From Methanobacteriota archaeon (GTDB taxonomy: Archaea > Thermoplasmatota > Thermoplasmata > SG8-5 > DAIRED01), in the NCBI GenBank assembly GCA_043799545.1, contig JAZDNO010000026.1, positions 32,001-96,000 on the forward strand: a DNA stretch of 64,000 nucleotides. Direction: 5' to 3'. Position 1 is the first letter of the stretch. Each line of letters opens with the position of its first letter. Positions 8,376 to 16,929 of the stretch are shown in pieces. The notes below the pieces were generated by a model. That model did not search any database. It was not told the origin of the DNA and saw only the letters and a program-made list of their open reading frames with translations. Position numbers and translations under genes: made by a program.

Positions 8376-10984
8376 GCGAGCATGGTACACTGCCCATGTC
8401 TAATAAACTCTTTCGATATTTCTTTTCTAAGGATCTTGTTTCCCATATCGTCAGCTAAGGAAAGAGCCCGCTTAAAAACACTCCTGGCCTCATCCTCACG
8501 ACCGCAAGCATTGCACGCCATCCCAAGGCGGGTGAGGGCTCGGGCGATGGCTTTGGGCTGAGCGTATCGCTCCGCTGCCTCGACGCCAGACCTCGCAAAG
8601 TCCAGCGCTTCCGTATACTGGCCTCGCTGGTAGTAGACCATCGAAAGGTTGTTGTGCACGGCCACCAGCATACGCAGATCCCCGATGCCCACAAGAATGT
8701 CACGCGCCTTTACCAGCGCATCCTCCGCCGATGTGAGGTCCGGTTTCCTTATCAGCACGCCCCCGAGGTTCGCCAGGGCCATCCCCTCCATCGGGAGGTT
8801 TCCGGTCTCTCTCGCCAGGTTAATGGTTCTATCGTAGTAGCCAACAGCCCCCGGTATGTCGCGCACCGCGAATGAGATCTTTCCGAGCGACATGAGCAGT
8901 TTGAGGATCGTAGCCTTCTCCTCGCTACCTTCCAGAAGCTTCAACGCCCGCTCTTTATAATACCTCGCCCGCCCGAGGTGCCCCCGCGCCTCTTCCACCC
9001 GCCCCTTGCCGTAGAATGCCAATGCCAACAGCGGCGTGCTTCCGCAGGATTCGGCCAGCTTCCTCACCATACCGAATTCGCTTTCGGCCATTTCCATGTC
9101 CTCTGTCTCGAGGAGCGATCCCATGAAGTACCGCCCTCTTGCCTCGGATTCCCTGTTCCCGGTTTTCACAGAGAGGGCAATCCCCTGGTCGAGCGCATGG
9201 CGCGCTTCAGCCCTCTTCCCTCTATGCAGGCACAGCTCGCCCAGGGCGCACAGCGCGTCGCATTCGAGCCCGGAGATCCGCGCCTCCCGCGCCAGTGAAA
9301 CTGCGGAGCCGAGCTTGATGGAGGCCTCGCTCCACCTTCCCACGTGCCCGTAGACCTTGCCCAGGGAGACCAGCATCTTCGGGTCAAGCTCCGTCCGCCC
9401 GCCGCACAAAACATCGGCAGCCTCGTCCAGCCCGTGCACGAACCCCTTCCCGACCAGCTCGACCGCCAGCTTGCAGAAAAGGGCGCGCGCCTCTGCATCC
9501 TCCCCGGCCTTGCACAAATGATGGATGGCCTCGAGCCCGCTTGCGGGACCGACCGACCCCGCGTAGTGCCTTCCCAGCAGGAGATGGGCCCTCTTCCTCT
9601 CAGGGCCGGCCCGCCTCTTCTGGACAAAGTCAGACAGGATGTCGTGCACTCCGAACGCCGTGGGCGACACCGGCATGGCCAGGCCGCGCTCGACAAGGCC
9701 GTCCATCCTCTCCCGCCCCACGCCCAGCGGTCCGGCCAAGGCGTCGACGGAGATCGGTTCGCGCGAGACGCTGAGCAGCGTCATCGCCTCCCAATCGGCT
9801 TCGGAGAGACCGGAAAACACCTCGGCGCGCAGGTAACAGTCCAGGCTTTTGTCGACCGCCGGGCTCTCCGCCGGGGCGAGCTTGAGAAACAGGGGGTGCC
9901 CCCCGCAGAGTTGAACCAGCCCTCCGGCTGGCACCTTCCTGGCCGCAAGTATCTTCCTCGAGGATTCGGAATCCAGGAAACCTAGCTTGATTTCGGAGAC
10001 AGTTCCGTCCATAACGTCGCGCCCGTCATGGATTTTCGGGCATCTTCTGCCGATCGACACAAGCTTGAGGCCAGGTTCGCCACGGGTTATTTCCAGAAGC
10101 ATCGACACGAGGTCCATCGCGTCGCCGCGTGCGGCATGGATGTCATCGATGACCACCGCCAGCCTCATCCGCTTGGCGTCCTCCGCCATCGCGCGCCCGA
10201 AGACCTGCAAATCCCAGTCGCCTGCGGAGAGCGCGGATGCCGTGCGGCTGCGACCGAGGACTGACAGGAATGCCCCCAGCTCCGCCGCCACCTGCTGCGC
10301 CGAGGTCCAGCGCTTCAGCGGAATCCAGCAGACGTGCGACCTTGCGGACCAGTTTTTCACCATTCTGGATATGAACGCGGTCTTTCCAATCCCGGCGATT
10401 CCCGTGACAACGAGCATTTTCGCGGCGCGGCTGCGCCACCATTCGGACGCCTTGGCCATCTCCGCGCTCCGGCCGTAGAAATCGCCCAGCTCGGGGATTG
10501 CCTTTACGGCATAGCCGCCGAAACCGCGCTTGACGCGCCGGCCCTCAAACCAGTTCAGGTCCAGCTCCCCGAATTTCACTGACCCGGCGACCTCAGACAA
10601 CGTGCATCCTGCAGGGACGTACGCCGGAATCTCGGAGAGCGGAACGACCCTCGGACCTCCCGGCGTCTCAATCCTCACATCCAGCATCTCGGCCCTCTCC
10701 ATGAGCGCCCCGAGTTCGACCGCGCCAGCCCTGTCGAGCCGGTAATATTTTGAGATGTGGGTCCGGCCGGCCGGCCTCGCGCGCCTAACCTCCACCAGCC
10801 TCGCGCGCTCCATCTCCTTCAGAGCCCTCGCGACGTTTCCCCTTCCGACTCCGGTGGCGTACGCGATACCCTCCTGTGTAACCGTGTTGGGAACGTCGTG
10901 GTCCCTGACGACGCGCTGCTCGCCGAGGTGGAGGACTATACGCTCCTTCACTGTGAACGCGGCCTCTCCCTTCCTTGGCCTCAT
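8372..10984 (-). CDS. wHTH-STAND (NB-ARC/MalT-like) NTPase-TPR regulator
   Basis: N-terminal HTH (TQEGIAYATGVGRGNVARALKEME), Walker A GIAGIGKT, Walker B VVIDD, STAND GxP motif CGGHPLFL, multiple C-terminal TPRs. Confidence 0.9.
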   Translation of the reverse strand: MRPRKGEAAFTVKERIVLHLGEQRVVRDHDVPNTVTQEGIAYATGVGRGNVARALKEMERARLVEVRRARPAGRTHISKYYRLDRAGAVELGALMERAEMLDVRIETPGGPRVVPLSEIPAYVPAGCTLSEVAGSVKFGELDLNWFEGRRVKRGFGGYAVKAIPELGDFYGRSAEMAKASEWWRSRAAKMLVVTGIAGIGKTAFISRMVKNWSARSHVCWIPLKRWTSAQQVAAELGAFLSVLGRSRTASALSAGDWDLQVFGRAMAEDAKRMRLAVVIDDIHAARGDAMDLVSMLLEITRGEPGLKLVSIGRRCPKIHDGRDVMDGTVSEIKLGFLDSESSRKILAARKVPAGGLVQLCGGHPLFLKLAPAESPAVDKSLDCYLRAEVFSGLSEADWEAMTLLSVSREPISVDALAGPLGVGRERMDGLVERGLAMPVSPTAFGVHDILSDFVQKRRAGPERKRAHLLLGRHYAGSVGPASGLEAIHHLCKAGEDAEARALFCKLAVELVGKGFVHGLDEAADVLCGGRTELDPKMLVSLGKVYGHVGRWSEASIKLGSAVSLAREARISGLECDALCALGELCLHRGKRAEARHALDQGIALSVKTGNRESEARGRYFMGSLLETEDMEMAESEFGMVRKLAESCGSTPLLALAFYGKGRVEEARGHLGRARYYKERALKLLEGSEEKATILKLLMSLGKISFAVRDIPGAVGYYDRTINLARETGNLPMEGMALANLGGVLIRKPDLTSAEDALVKARDILVGIGDLRMLVAVHNNLSMVYYQRGQYTEALDFARSGVEAAERYAQPKAIARALTRLGMACNACGREDEARSVFKRALSLADDMGNKILRKEISKEFIRHGQCTMLA

Positions 10985-11026
10985 CAGGGATGAGATTGGC
11001 TACGTCATAGAAAAAGGTATCTGAAA

Positions 11027-11038
11027 ATGAGAACTCTC
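11027..11038 (+). promoter_or_regulatory. Operator-like 12-mer ATGAGAACTCTC upstream of TATA
   Basis: Identical to 7793-7804; TTAAATA starts at 11048. Confidence 0.5.
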
Positions 11039-11078
11039 GCGATAATCTTAAATATTAAGAACATGAACATCGCCACGG

Positions 11079-11243
11079 ATGACGGAACACCAGAGAAAGC
11101 CAGAGCCCCGGTGCGACTGCCACACTTGCAGGCTCGCCAGGATAGAGGCCAGCATCGATTCTCTGCGCAAGTCCGTCGATGACATTTCCGCGTCGGTGGA
11201 GAGGCCCTTCAAGCGCGACGGGAGTAGCGGGGGGCGGGATTGA
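11079..11243 (+). CDS. Small 54-aa protein with CxCxxC motif and predicted coiled coil
   Basis: Hand-translated MTEHQRKPEPRCDCHTCRLARIEASIDSLRKSVDDISASVERPFKRDGSSGGRD. ATG is about 25 nt after the TATA box; stop is 1 nt before the DUF835 start. Confidence 0.6.
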   Translation: MTEHQRKPEPRCDCHTCRLARIEASIDSLRKSVDDISASVERPFKRDGSSGGRD

Positions 11244-11244
11244 A

Positions 11245-11724
11245 ATGCCAGACGCACAACATATTTGCCCCGGCGTCAGCATCATCGTCGAGCCCGAGCC
11301 CAACCGAATCATGAAGTTGTTCTCCGAACTTGTCACAGGCGGCTGCAAGGGGCTCTACATGACGAGAAGGTGTCCGAGCGAAGTCGCAAAGAGACCGGAG
11401 AGGGGCTCCGTGAAATATGTATGGCTGCCTCGCAAGGACTCGCACACGAGGGGAGAGGAGGCTTTCGCCCTGGGCAGCACGATAGAGAGGTTCCTTGATG
11501 AGAGCGAGGGGGGTGTGGTTGCGGTGGACTGCGTCGATTGCCTGAACTCCGCGAGCGGTGGGAAGACGTTCGCGGAGATGCTAGGCGCAGTCTCCCGCAA
11601 GGCCCTGGAGCGGGGGTCGTACGTCCTGATCCAGACATCGGGCATGGCGCTTTCGGAGGAGGAACTGGAGAAGCATGCCGGCGCGACCGGGTTCCCTATA
11701 CTCGCCAGGGACGGGACAGGCTGA
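11245..11724 (+). CDS. Stand-alone DUF835 domain protein
   Basis: GLYMTRRCP, YVWL, IERFL and VVAVDCVDCL pattern typical of DUF835. Confidence 0.8.
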   Translation: MPDAQHICPGVSIIVEPEPNRIMKLFSELVTGGCKGLYMTRRCPSEVAKRPERGSVKYVWLPRKDSHTRGEEAFALGSTIERFLDESEGGVVAVDCVDCLNSASGGKTFAEMLGAVSRKALERGSYVLIQTSGMALSEEELEKHAGATGFPILARDGTG

Positions 11725-12274
11725 GGAATAGGTTGTCAAGCACGGATTGCCGCGGCTCGCCGCTATCTTCGACGTCGGGAGCGTCCGAGGCGTCCCAGGC
11801 AACGAACGCGAAGGCCATAACGCAGAACGCCGCCCACAGCGCCAAAGGCACGTCCGATATCGCAAGAAACGGCCGGCTCCCGGCATAAATGACGGCTCCC
11901 CGCGCGGCCACGAACGTTCCCGTCTCGACGGGATAGGCCATTGGCAGGGCGTTGCCTGCGGCGATGTCGAGCGCCATGTGCCCCGCCAACACGGCGAGAA
12001 CGGCGAGGGCGAGCGTCTGGGCGTTTGCGTTCCTTTCAGGCTTCGCGTGGTCGAACACGAACGCCGCTGCGAACAGCATCGTCGGGGCGACGACGAGGAA
12101 ATAGCCGCTGTGCAACCAGGATTCTGGCATGGACGGAGATGTGAGGAAATGGTCCAAGTCCGGCAGCATGCCGAGGATTCCGCAAGCCAGGGCGAAGAAC
12201 AGCGGGTGCCTCTGCCCCCGCGCCAGCATGGCCCCGACCAAGAGCGACATCGTGAAATGAATTATCGGCTGCAT
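11696..12274 (-). CDS. Membrane metal-dependent hydrolase (YdjM-like)
   Basis: IHF, LPDLDH, WLHS and GHMALD metal-ligand motifs in a hydrophobic protein. Confidence 0.8.
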   Translation of the reverse strand: MQPIIHFTMSLLVGAMLARGQRHPLFFALACGILGMLPDLDHFLTSPSMPESWLHSGYFLVVAPTMLFAAAFVFDHAKPERNANAQTLALAVLAVLAGHMALDIAAGNALPMAYPVETGTFVAARGAVIYAGSRPFLAISDVPLALWAAFCVMAFAFVAWDASDAPDVEDSGEPRQSVLDNLFLSLSRPWRV

Positions 12275-12342
12275 CGCCCAAGCATAGCATGTCGGGACGA
12301 TTTAACCGGTCGCCTACGGTTCCGCTCCGTGATTGCCGCCCG

Positions 12343-12364
12343 TGATTATTGCAGGTGATACCAG
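12343..12364 (+). promoter_or_regulatory. Shared island operator TGATTATTG-CAGG-TGATACCAG
   Basis: Proximal TGA box starts 21 nt before a TATAT element; precedes the 12419 operon. Confidence 0.5.
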
Positions 12365-12418
12365 TGTCGATACAGGTATATCCCTTCCACACGATTGAGT
12401 TGTGAGGTCGAAACAGCG

Positions 12419-13168
12419 ATGAATGAAAAGGACGTCGTGCTGATGAACAAGTTCGTGAACGAGGTCAGCGGCAAGGAAAACGGGCACAGGGTGCTCCTCT
12501 CGGTGAAATACAACCAGATATGCAAGATTAACCTCATCCTCCTGAGGGCTCTCATCGGGGAGCAGGGCAAGCACGGCCTGTTCGTGACCGTGGACCGCCC
12601 GCACCAGTACATGACCTACCTTCTGGACCTGCACAAAATCCCCCGGGACGGCCTGATCTTCCTGGACATAATAAGCAGGTTCTCGGGGGAATCCATCAAG
12701 GTGTGCGACACGGATGTGAACACAGCCTCGCCTTTCAGGATAAACGAGCTGCTAGACCTCCTGGAACACGGCGGCGGCGGGCGCGACAGCCGGACGGCGA
12801 AGATAGATTTCGGGCTCCTGGACTTCATTATGATAGACAACCTCGGAGCCATGCTGTCATACAACGAGCTTGACGACGTCGCCGCCTTCATCCAGAGATA
12901 CCTGCGCCTCGTCGAGAGGTACGGAAAGCTGTTCACGGCCATCGTCATTGACGTCCGGGCCCAGCCAGCCCTTTACAAAGCGGTGCAGGGGCTCTGCCAG
13001 CAAGAGTTTTTAGTCGCAGACGACGGGACCCTGGTGTTATTGGCTACGCCGAATGACTTTCACGAGCCTGAAAAGAAGATGGACGAGATAGCCGAATCCG
13101 TCCTCCTGTACGCGCCGGACAGTCCGAGAATTGGAGCCGCTCATCCGAGGCCGGTCGGGGGCGCGTGA
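12419..13168 (+). CDS. Degenerate KaiC-like/FlaH-like P-loop protein lacking Walker A
   Basis: LFVTVDRP, IFLDIIS and IMIDNL elements of the RecA/KaiC fold; no GxxGxGK. Confidence 0.65.
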   Translation: MNEKDVVLMNKFVNEVSGKENGHRVLLSVKYNQICKINLILLRALIGEQGKHGLFVTVDRPHQYMTYLLDLHKIPRDGLIFLDIISRFSGESIKVCDTDVNTASPFRINELLDLLEHGGGGRDSRTAKIDFGLLDFIMIDNLGAMLSYNELDDVAAFIQRYLRLVERYGKLFTAIVIDVRAQPALYKAVQGLCQQEFLVADDGTLVLLATPNDFHEPEKKMDEIAESVLLYAPDSPRIGAAHPRPVGGA

Positions 13169-13169
13169 A

Positions 13170-13853
13170 ATGGCCGACTCCTTCCAGCGGGTGCCGAGCG
13201 GCATCCCCGGCTTGGACGAAATGCTCGACGGTGGTTTTCCATTCCCGTCCGTCATCCTTCTGGCAGGCAGCGCGGGCACGGGCAAGACCACGTTCTGCCA
13301 GAAGTTCCTTTCATCTGGAGCGGATGCCGGCGAGCAGTGCCTGTACCTCACGACCTTGAGCGAGCCCACGCAGTGGATGCTGCGGTTCGCGACGCAGTTC
13401 AGCTACGTGAACAAGCGACACTTCGGCAAGGAAATCGTGTACGTGGACATGGGCGAGCTGGTCCGCAAGGGCAAACCGGCGGACCTGCTCTCGTTCGTGG
13501 ACGAGCAGGTCGGGTCCATCATGCCACAGCGCATCGTAATAGACCCGATAACGGTCGTCGGCGACTTCATGGAGAAGAACTACCGGAGCTTCCTCTTCGA
13601 CCTCTCGAACAAGCTGAAGAACTGGCGGGCCGTGACTATTTTGACTGGCGAGGTGAAGCCCGGCGACCTGTACCCTGCGGAAGCGGCCTATGCGACCGAC
13701 GGGGTGATACTGCTGAGGCTCCTCGAGGAGGACGGCGCGCGCAGGAAATACATCGAAGTGCTCAAGATGCGCGGGACGAACCACACCTCCGGGAGGCAGT
13801 GCATAGACATCACAAAGCAGGACGGCATCGTGGTGCTCAAGTCGAAGTTTTGA
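13170..13853 (+). CDS. KaiC/RAD55-like ATPase
   Basis: RVPSGIPGLDEMLDGG, Walker A GSAGTGKT, VIDP, DGVILL, LKMRG. Confidence 0.92.
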   Translation: MADSFQRVPSGIPGLDEMLDGGFPFPSVILLAGSAGTGKTTFCQKFLSSGADAGEQCLYLTTLSEPTQWMLRFATQFSYVNKRHFGKEIVYVDMGELVRKGKPADLLSFVDEQVGSIMPQRIVIDPITVVGDFMEKNYRSFLFDLSNKLKNWRAVTILTGEVKPGDLYPAEAAYATDGVILLRLLEEDGARRKYIEVLKMRGTNHTSGRQCIDITKQDGIVVLKSKF

Positions 13854-13886
13854 TGCCGCTGGCTTTGAATCCCGCAATTGAGGTCG

Positions 13887-13908
13887 TGATTATCAGCGGC
13901 GATAACGA
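13887..13908 (+). promoter_or_regulatory. Shared island operator TGATTATCA-GCGG-CGATAACGA
   Basis: Proximal box starts 18 nt before TTTGTAATA (13918); no plus-strand gene follows. Confidence 0.55.
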
Positions 13909-13991
13909 CGGAGGAGGTTTGTAATAGCCCGCCCCGCATCTGTAGATTGGGAGGAAGAACCCTATCATAACCTCTCTGAAAGCCTCTATGA

Positions 13992-14029
13992 ACGGGCTCC
14001 GGCATTTGCCGTGGCCCGTCCCTTTTTTT
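13992..14029 (+). terminator. GC-rich hairpin followed by T7 tract
   Basis: ACGGGC-TC-CGGC-ATTT-GCCG-TG-GCCCGT, then CCC TTTTTTT. Confidence 0.65.
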
Positions 14030-14107
14030 AACGCCGACGATGAATGTGTAAATGACTTGACCGGCAGCCCCGAGATTTGATGTCGGAAGCAGGCTCGCCG
14101 CCATGAG

Positions 14108-14245
14108 TTAACATCTGTGCTTGCGTTCGGCCCTCTCTGGCTTCGGTTCGTACGGTATCAGCCTTATGCTGAGGACGTTCTTCATCGGGACTTCGAGCAT
14201 CGTCGTTATCACGTCGCCGGATATCTTCGTGAATTTTATCTTCAT
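14108..14245 (-). CDS. Small hypothetical protein, 45 aa (MKIKFTKISGDVITTMLEVPMKNVLSIRLIPYEPKPERAERKHRC)
   Basis: Protein-like beta-strand composition; lies downstream of the wHTH gene on the same strand. Confidence 0.45.
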   Translation of the reverse strand: MKIKFTKISGDVITTMLEVPMKNVLSIRLIPYEPKPERAERKHRC

Positions 14246-14336
14246 GAACCGGGAAACGGCTTCCCCGAGAATAAAGCAAGCTGCCTGAATGGCGCGTTTG
14301 AGAATCAGCGACGATTGGCAGCGCCTACCGAGGCCT

Positions 14337-14705
14337 TCAGGGTTGATCGAACGCGCTGCCGGGCAATCCAGTTTCAGCGGAGCCGGCCCCTGCGCCGATT
14401 TTCTTCGTCCTGCCATCTTTGAAAGAGACCTTCACGAGCATCTTTCCCCCATCGAAGGAGACTTCCATCCCTTTGACATTCGAGAGATACAAACGGATCC
14501 ACTTGCCCCGCGGGTTGAGGAAACGCTCCTTGTACTCGATGACGCCGATTTCCTCCAGCGCCTTGATGCGCCGGTAGCAGGCCGCGATGGGAATACCGCA
14601 CTGCTGCGAGAGACCCTGGGCGCTCTTCGGGCGCATGCTCGTCGCGAAGATTATCTGGGATGAATACCTGTCCGTCACCAGTTTCGCTGCTTCATCCTTT
14701 TCCAT
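14337..14705 (-). CDS. ArsR-like winged-helix regulator (GIPIAxCYR family), paralog 1
   Basis: KSAQGLSQQCGIPIAACYRRIKALEEIGVI HTH with beta-wing RGKWIRLY. Confidence 0.85.
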   Translation of the reverse strand: MEKDEAAKLVTDRYSSQIIFATSMRPKSAQGLSQQCGIPIAACYRRIKALEEIGVIEYKERFLNPRGKWIRLYLSNVKGMEVSFDGGKMLVKVSFKDGRTKKIGAGAGSAETGLPGSAFDQP

Positions 14706-14865
14706 ATCTGAACCCTCCCCTTGACAATGATGTACATGAAAGGCAGGGTATTTAAAACGTCGCGCGTGAGAATCATCCGCGCATCTCGAAAGTAAGATTC
14801 AGCCCTGACAGCCGAAGGGGCAGGATACTATACCCGTCCCGCCAATATCCATGGGTCGTGAATAA

Positions 14866-15111
14866 ATGATAACCAAGAGAATAGACAAGGTTGTGATCCT
14901 CCTGGCGCTGGGGTTCGTCTTCATCGTGCAAACGATTGTGACGGGCGAGCTCGGATACGTGCCGACGGACATCCTTGTCAAACTCGGCCTGGGCATCGGA
15001 TTCAGCATGGTGCTCGGCTCAGGATACGCCCTCATTGTACCGGCGACCGGCATGCGAAACGCGTTCCGCGCCAGCACGAGCGCCCCCAGCGGGCTCCCGG
15101 CAGCAGCATGA
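14866..15111 (+). CDS. Small two-TM membrane protein
   Basis: Two hydrophobic segments in 81 aa. Confidence 0.55.
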   Translation: MITKRIDKVVILLALGFVFIVQTIVTGELGYVPTDILVKLGLGIGFSMVLGSGYALIVPATGMRNAFRASTSAPSGLPAAA

Positions 15112-15119
15112 GCGATGCG

Positions 15120-16775
15120 TCACATGATTGGGACGAACTTCAGCCTGGGGCTTCCATCTGAGCTGTCTAAAACGACCTCGTGCAGCGTCGTGTAAGGCTT
15201 CTCCCCGTACATCACCACGCTCCCTCCGACGCGCTCCAGCCTGATGTGAACGCTCGAGGAGGCCAATAAAATCTCCGGAGAGCGCCCGCCGGACGTCATC
15301 CCCACAAAAACGCCCTCGGCCCGGCGCACAGAGAAAAGGTGCGAGTTCATGCCGTCGTACCACGCGGGGCCGTATATCCTCTCCAGCATGTCGAGCGCAA
15401 GGAGCGACAGCATAGGTTTTTTCGATGCCGGGAGGTTGTACTCTATGTTGTCCCATCGAAAGTCCGTGTCCATCTGCGCGCCCTCGACCAGCAGCACGTT
15501 CTGCAAGCGGTCCTCGCCCCCGATGATGTTCATCTCGAAGACCCTCACGTGCTCGTAGAATTCCTCCAAACCCATGTGCCGGGTGAACGAATCCCTCACA
15601 GTGAAGCCGTTTCCCCTGCCCCCCGGGAGGTGCGCCACTCCCCGTCCTTGACCCACAAAGTTAGCCACAATCATCGCCGCCAGCAGCGACGACACCTCCG
15701 CCGGGATGCCCGGTCCCACTTCTACGAGGTTCACGCTTCCTTTCGAGAGGCCTCCGAAGAGCGCGTCCATGTCGCGGTCGCCCATCGATACGGTTTGCCC
15801 GTCCGGGTCTGGAACCGGTGACCGGCGCCCTTCGTGCGCGGCTGTTTTTACCTCCCCGAATCGCTGCGGTTCGAATATCCTTATCCTTCCGTCCAGGAGC
15901 GTGTAGTTGAGATTCGGATGCGGTATCGCCCGACCTCTGAGCTTCTCTATCTTCATCGTCCTTACCCTGCGTCCGGCATGTTCGCCCGTCGAAAGAGATA
16001 TCACTCCGTCGCCGAGGTAATCGAGGGCGGTGGGACCGTGGGATTCCAGGACATAGACGACGTTGGCGCGCCCGCTCTCCACCACGTCCTTCTGTATCGT
16101 GTTGACTAAGCGCGTCTTTGAAATCCCGTACTTCTCGGCGAGGGCATCTATGCTGTCGAAGACTATCAGCGCCTTGCCAGGCTGCGCGGCCTCGACCGTG
16201 TCGTAGGCAACCTCGATTTCCGGCAGGTCCGAGCCGACGTCGAAGGTTATGGAATCGCCGGAAAACGTGCCCGAGCCCCTCGCTTCCTCGGCGCTCTCGT
16301 CCGCCTCCCCGGCCTCTATCTGCCCCTCCAGCTTCCTCAGCTCCTCCCTGCCCAGCGCCGACTCGCTCGTCTCGGCCTGGTTGAAAACCATCAGCAGCTT
16401 CTCCGCCGCCAGGAGCAAGGCTTCAGGCAGCTTGGTCTGGACCCCCCCGCAGGTCTTTGGGTGCAGGACCTTGAGGAAACCCATGGAGGCCATGAGCAGG
16501 TTGCGCTGGCGGTTCTTCTCCGCAAGCCATGGGAACTGCGCGTACAGGGCGACGTCTGATACTCGGCTGGAGATGTACTGGGTGCGCTCCGTTCTGGCCA
16601 TCGTTTCCACAATCTGCAGCGCCAGAGTGGTCTTTCCAGTCCCCGCGGGACCCTTCAGAATCAGCGAGTGCCCTCCCCTAGACTCGAAGAAGTTCGTCAG
16701 AACTCCGGGCAGCGACACCCGCCCCGCGACTGCTGTGCTCACCGCCGTTATCAGCGCCTCCAACGCATCTTTCAT
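15120..16775 (-). CDS. GvpD-like KaiC-family P-loop protein (two RecA-like domains)
   Basis: GHSLILKGPAGTGKTTLAL, YISSRVS..LYAQFPWL, VFDSIDAL, DYLGDGVI, KLRG; degenerate second domain. ATG 16775 preferred. Confidence 0.8.
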   Translation of the reverse strand: MKDALEALITAVSTAVAGRVSLPGVLTNFFESRGGHSLILKGPAGTGKTTLALQIVETMARTERTQYISSRVSDVALYAQFPWLAEKNRQRNLLMASMGFLKVLHPKTCGGVQTKLPEALLLAAEKLLMVFNQAETSESALGREELRKLEGQIEAGEADESAEEARGSGTFSGDSITFDVGSDLPEIEVAYDTVEAAQPGKALIVFDSIDALAEKYGISKTRLVNTIQKDVVESGRANVVYVLESHGPTALDYLGDGVISLSTGEHAGRRVRTMKIEKLRGRAIPHPNLNYTLLDGRIRIFEPQRFGEVKTAAHEGRRSPVPDPDGQTVSMGDRDMDALFGGLSKGSVNLVEVGPGIPAEVSSLLAAMIVANFVGQGRGVAHLPGGRGNGFTVRDSFTRHMGLEEFYEHVRVFEMNIIGGEDRLQNVLLVEGAQMDTDFRWDNIEYNLPASKKPMLSLLALDMLERIYGPAWYDGMNSHLFSVRRAEGVFVGMTSGGRSPEILLASSSVHIRLERVGGSVVMYGEKPYTTLHEVVLDSSDGSPRLKFVPIM

Positions 16776-16804
16776 CCCGCTTCCAGTTAAATAGCCTTGC
16801 GGTG

Positions 16805-16826
16805 TCATTATCAGCGTCGATTCGGA
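16805..16826 (-). promoter_or_regulatory. Shared island operator TCCGAATCG-ACGC-TGATAATGA (minus strand)
   Basis: Proximal box starts 20 nt before TATTTAA serving the GvpD-like gene. Confidence 0.45.
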
Positions 16827-16835
16827 AGCTGGACA

Positions 16836-16857
16836 TGGCAATCATTTGCGATACCCG
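16836..16857 (+). promoter_or_regulatory. Shared island operator TGGCAATCA-TTTG-CGATACCCG
   Basis: Proximal box starts 20 nt before TAAATA (16869), upstream of the cadherin-like gene. Confidence 0.45.
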
Positions 16858-16929
16858 GTTCGACAGCCTAAATACCGCAGGTGCCAATCGAGATGCAGAA
16901 TGCGCTGAGTGCGCAACATAGGTGAAAAC

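Noticed and set aside
13853-13924. 23-aa ORF overlapping the KaiC stop (MPLALNPAIEVVIISGDNDGGGL)
   Set aside because: It coincides with the operator/BRE/TATA element, which explains the sequence better; no other support.
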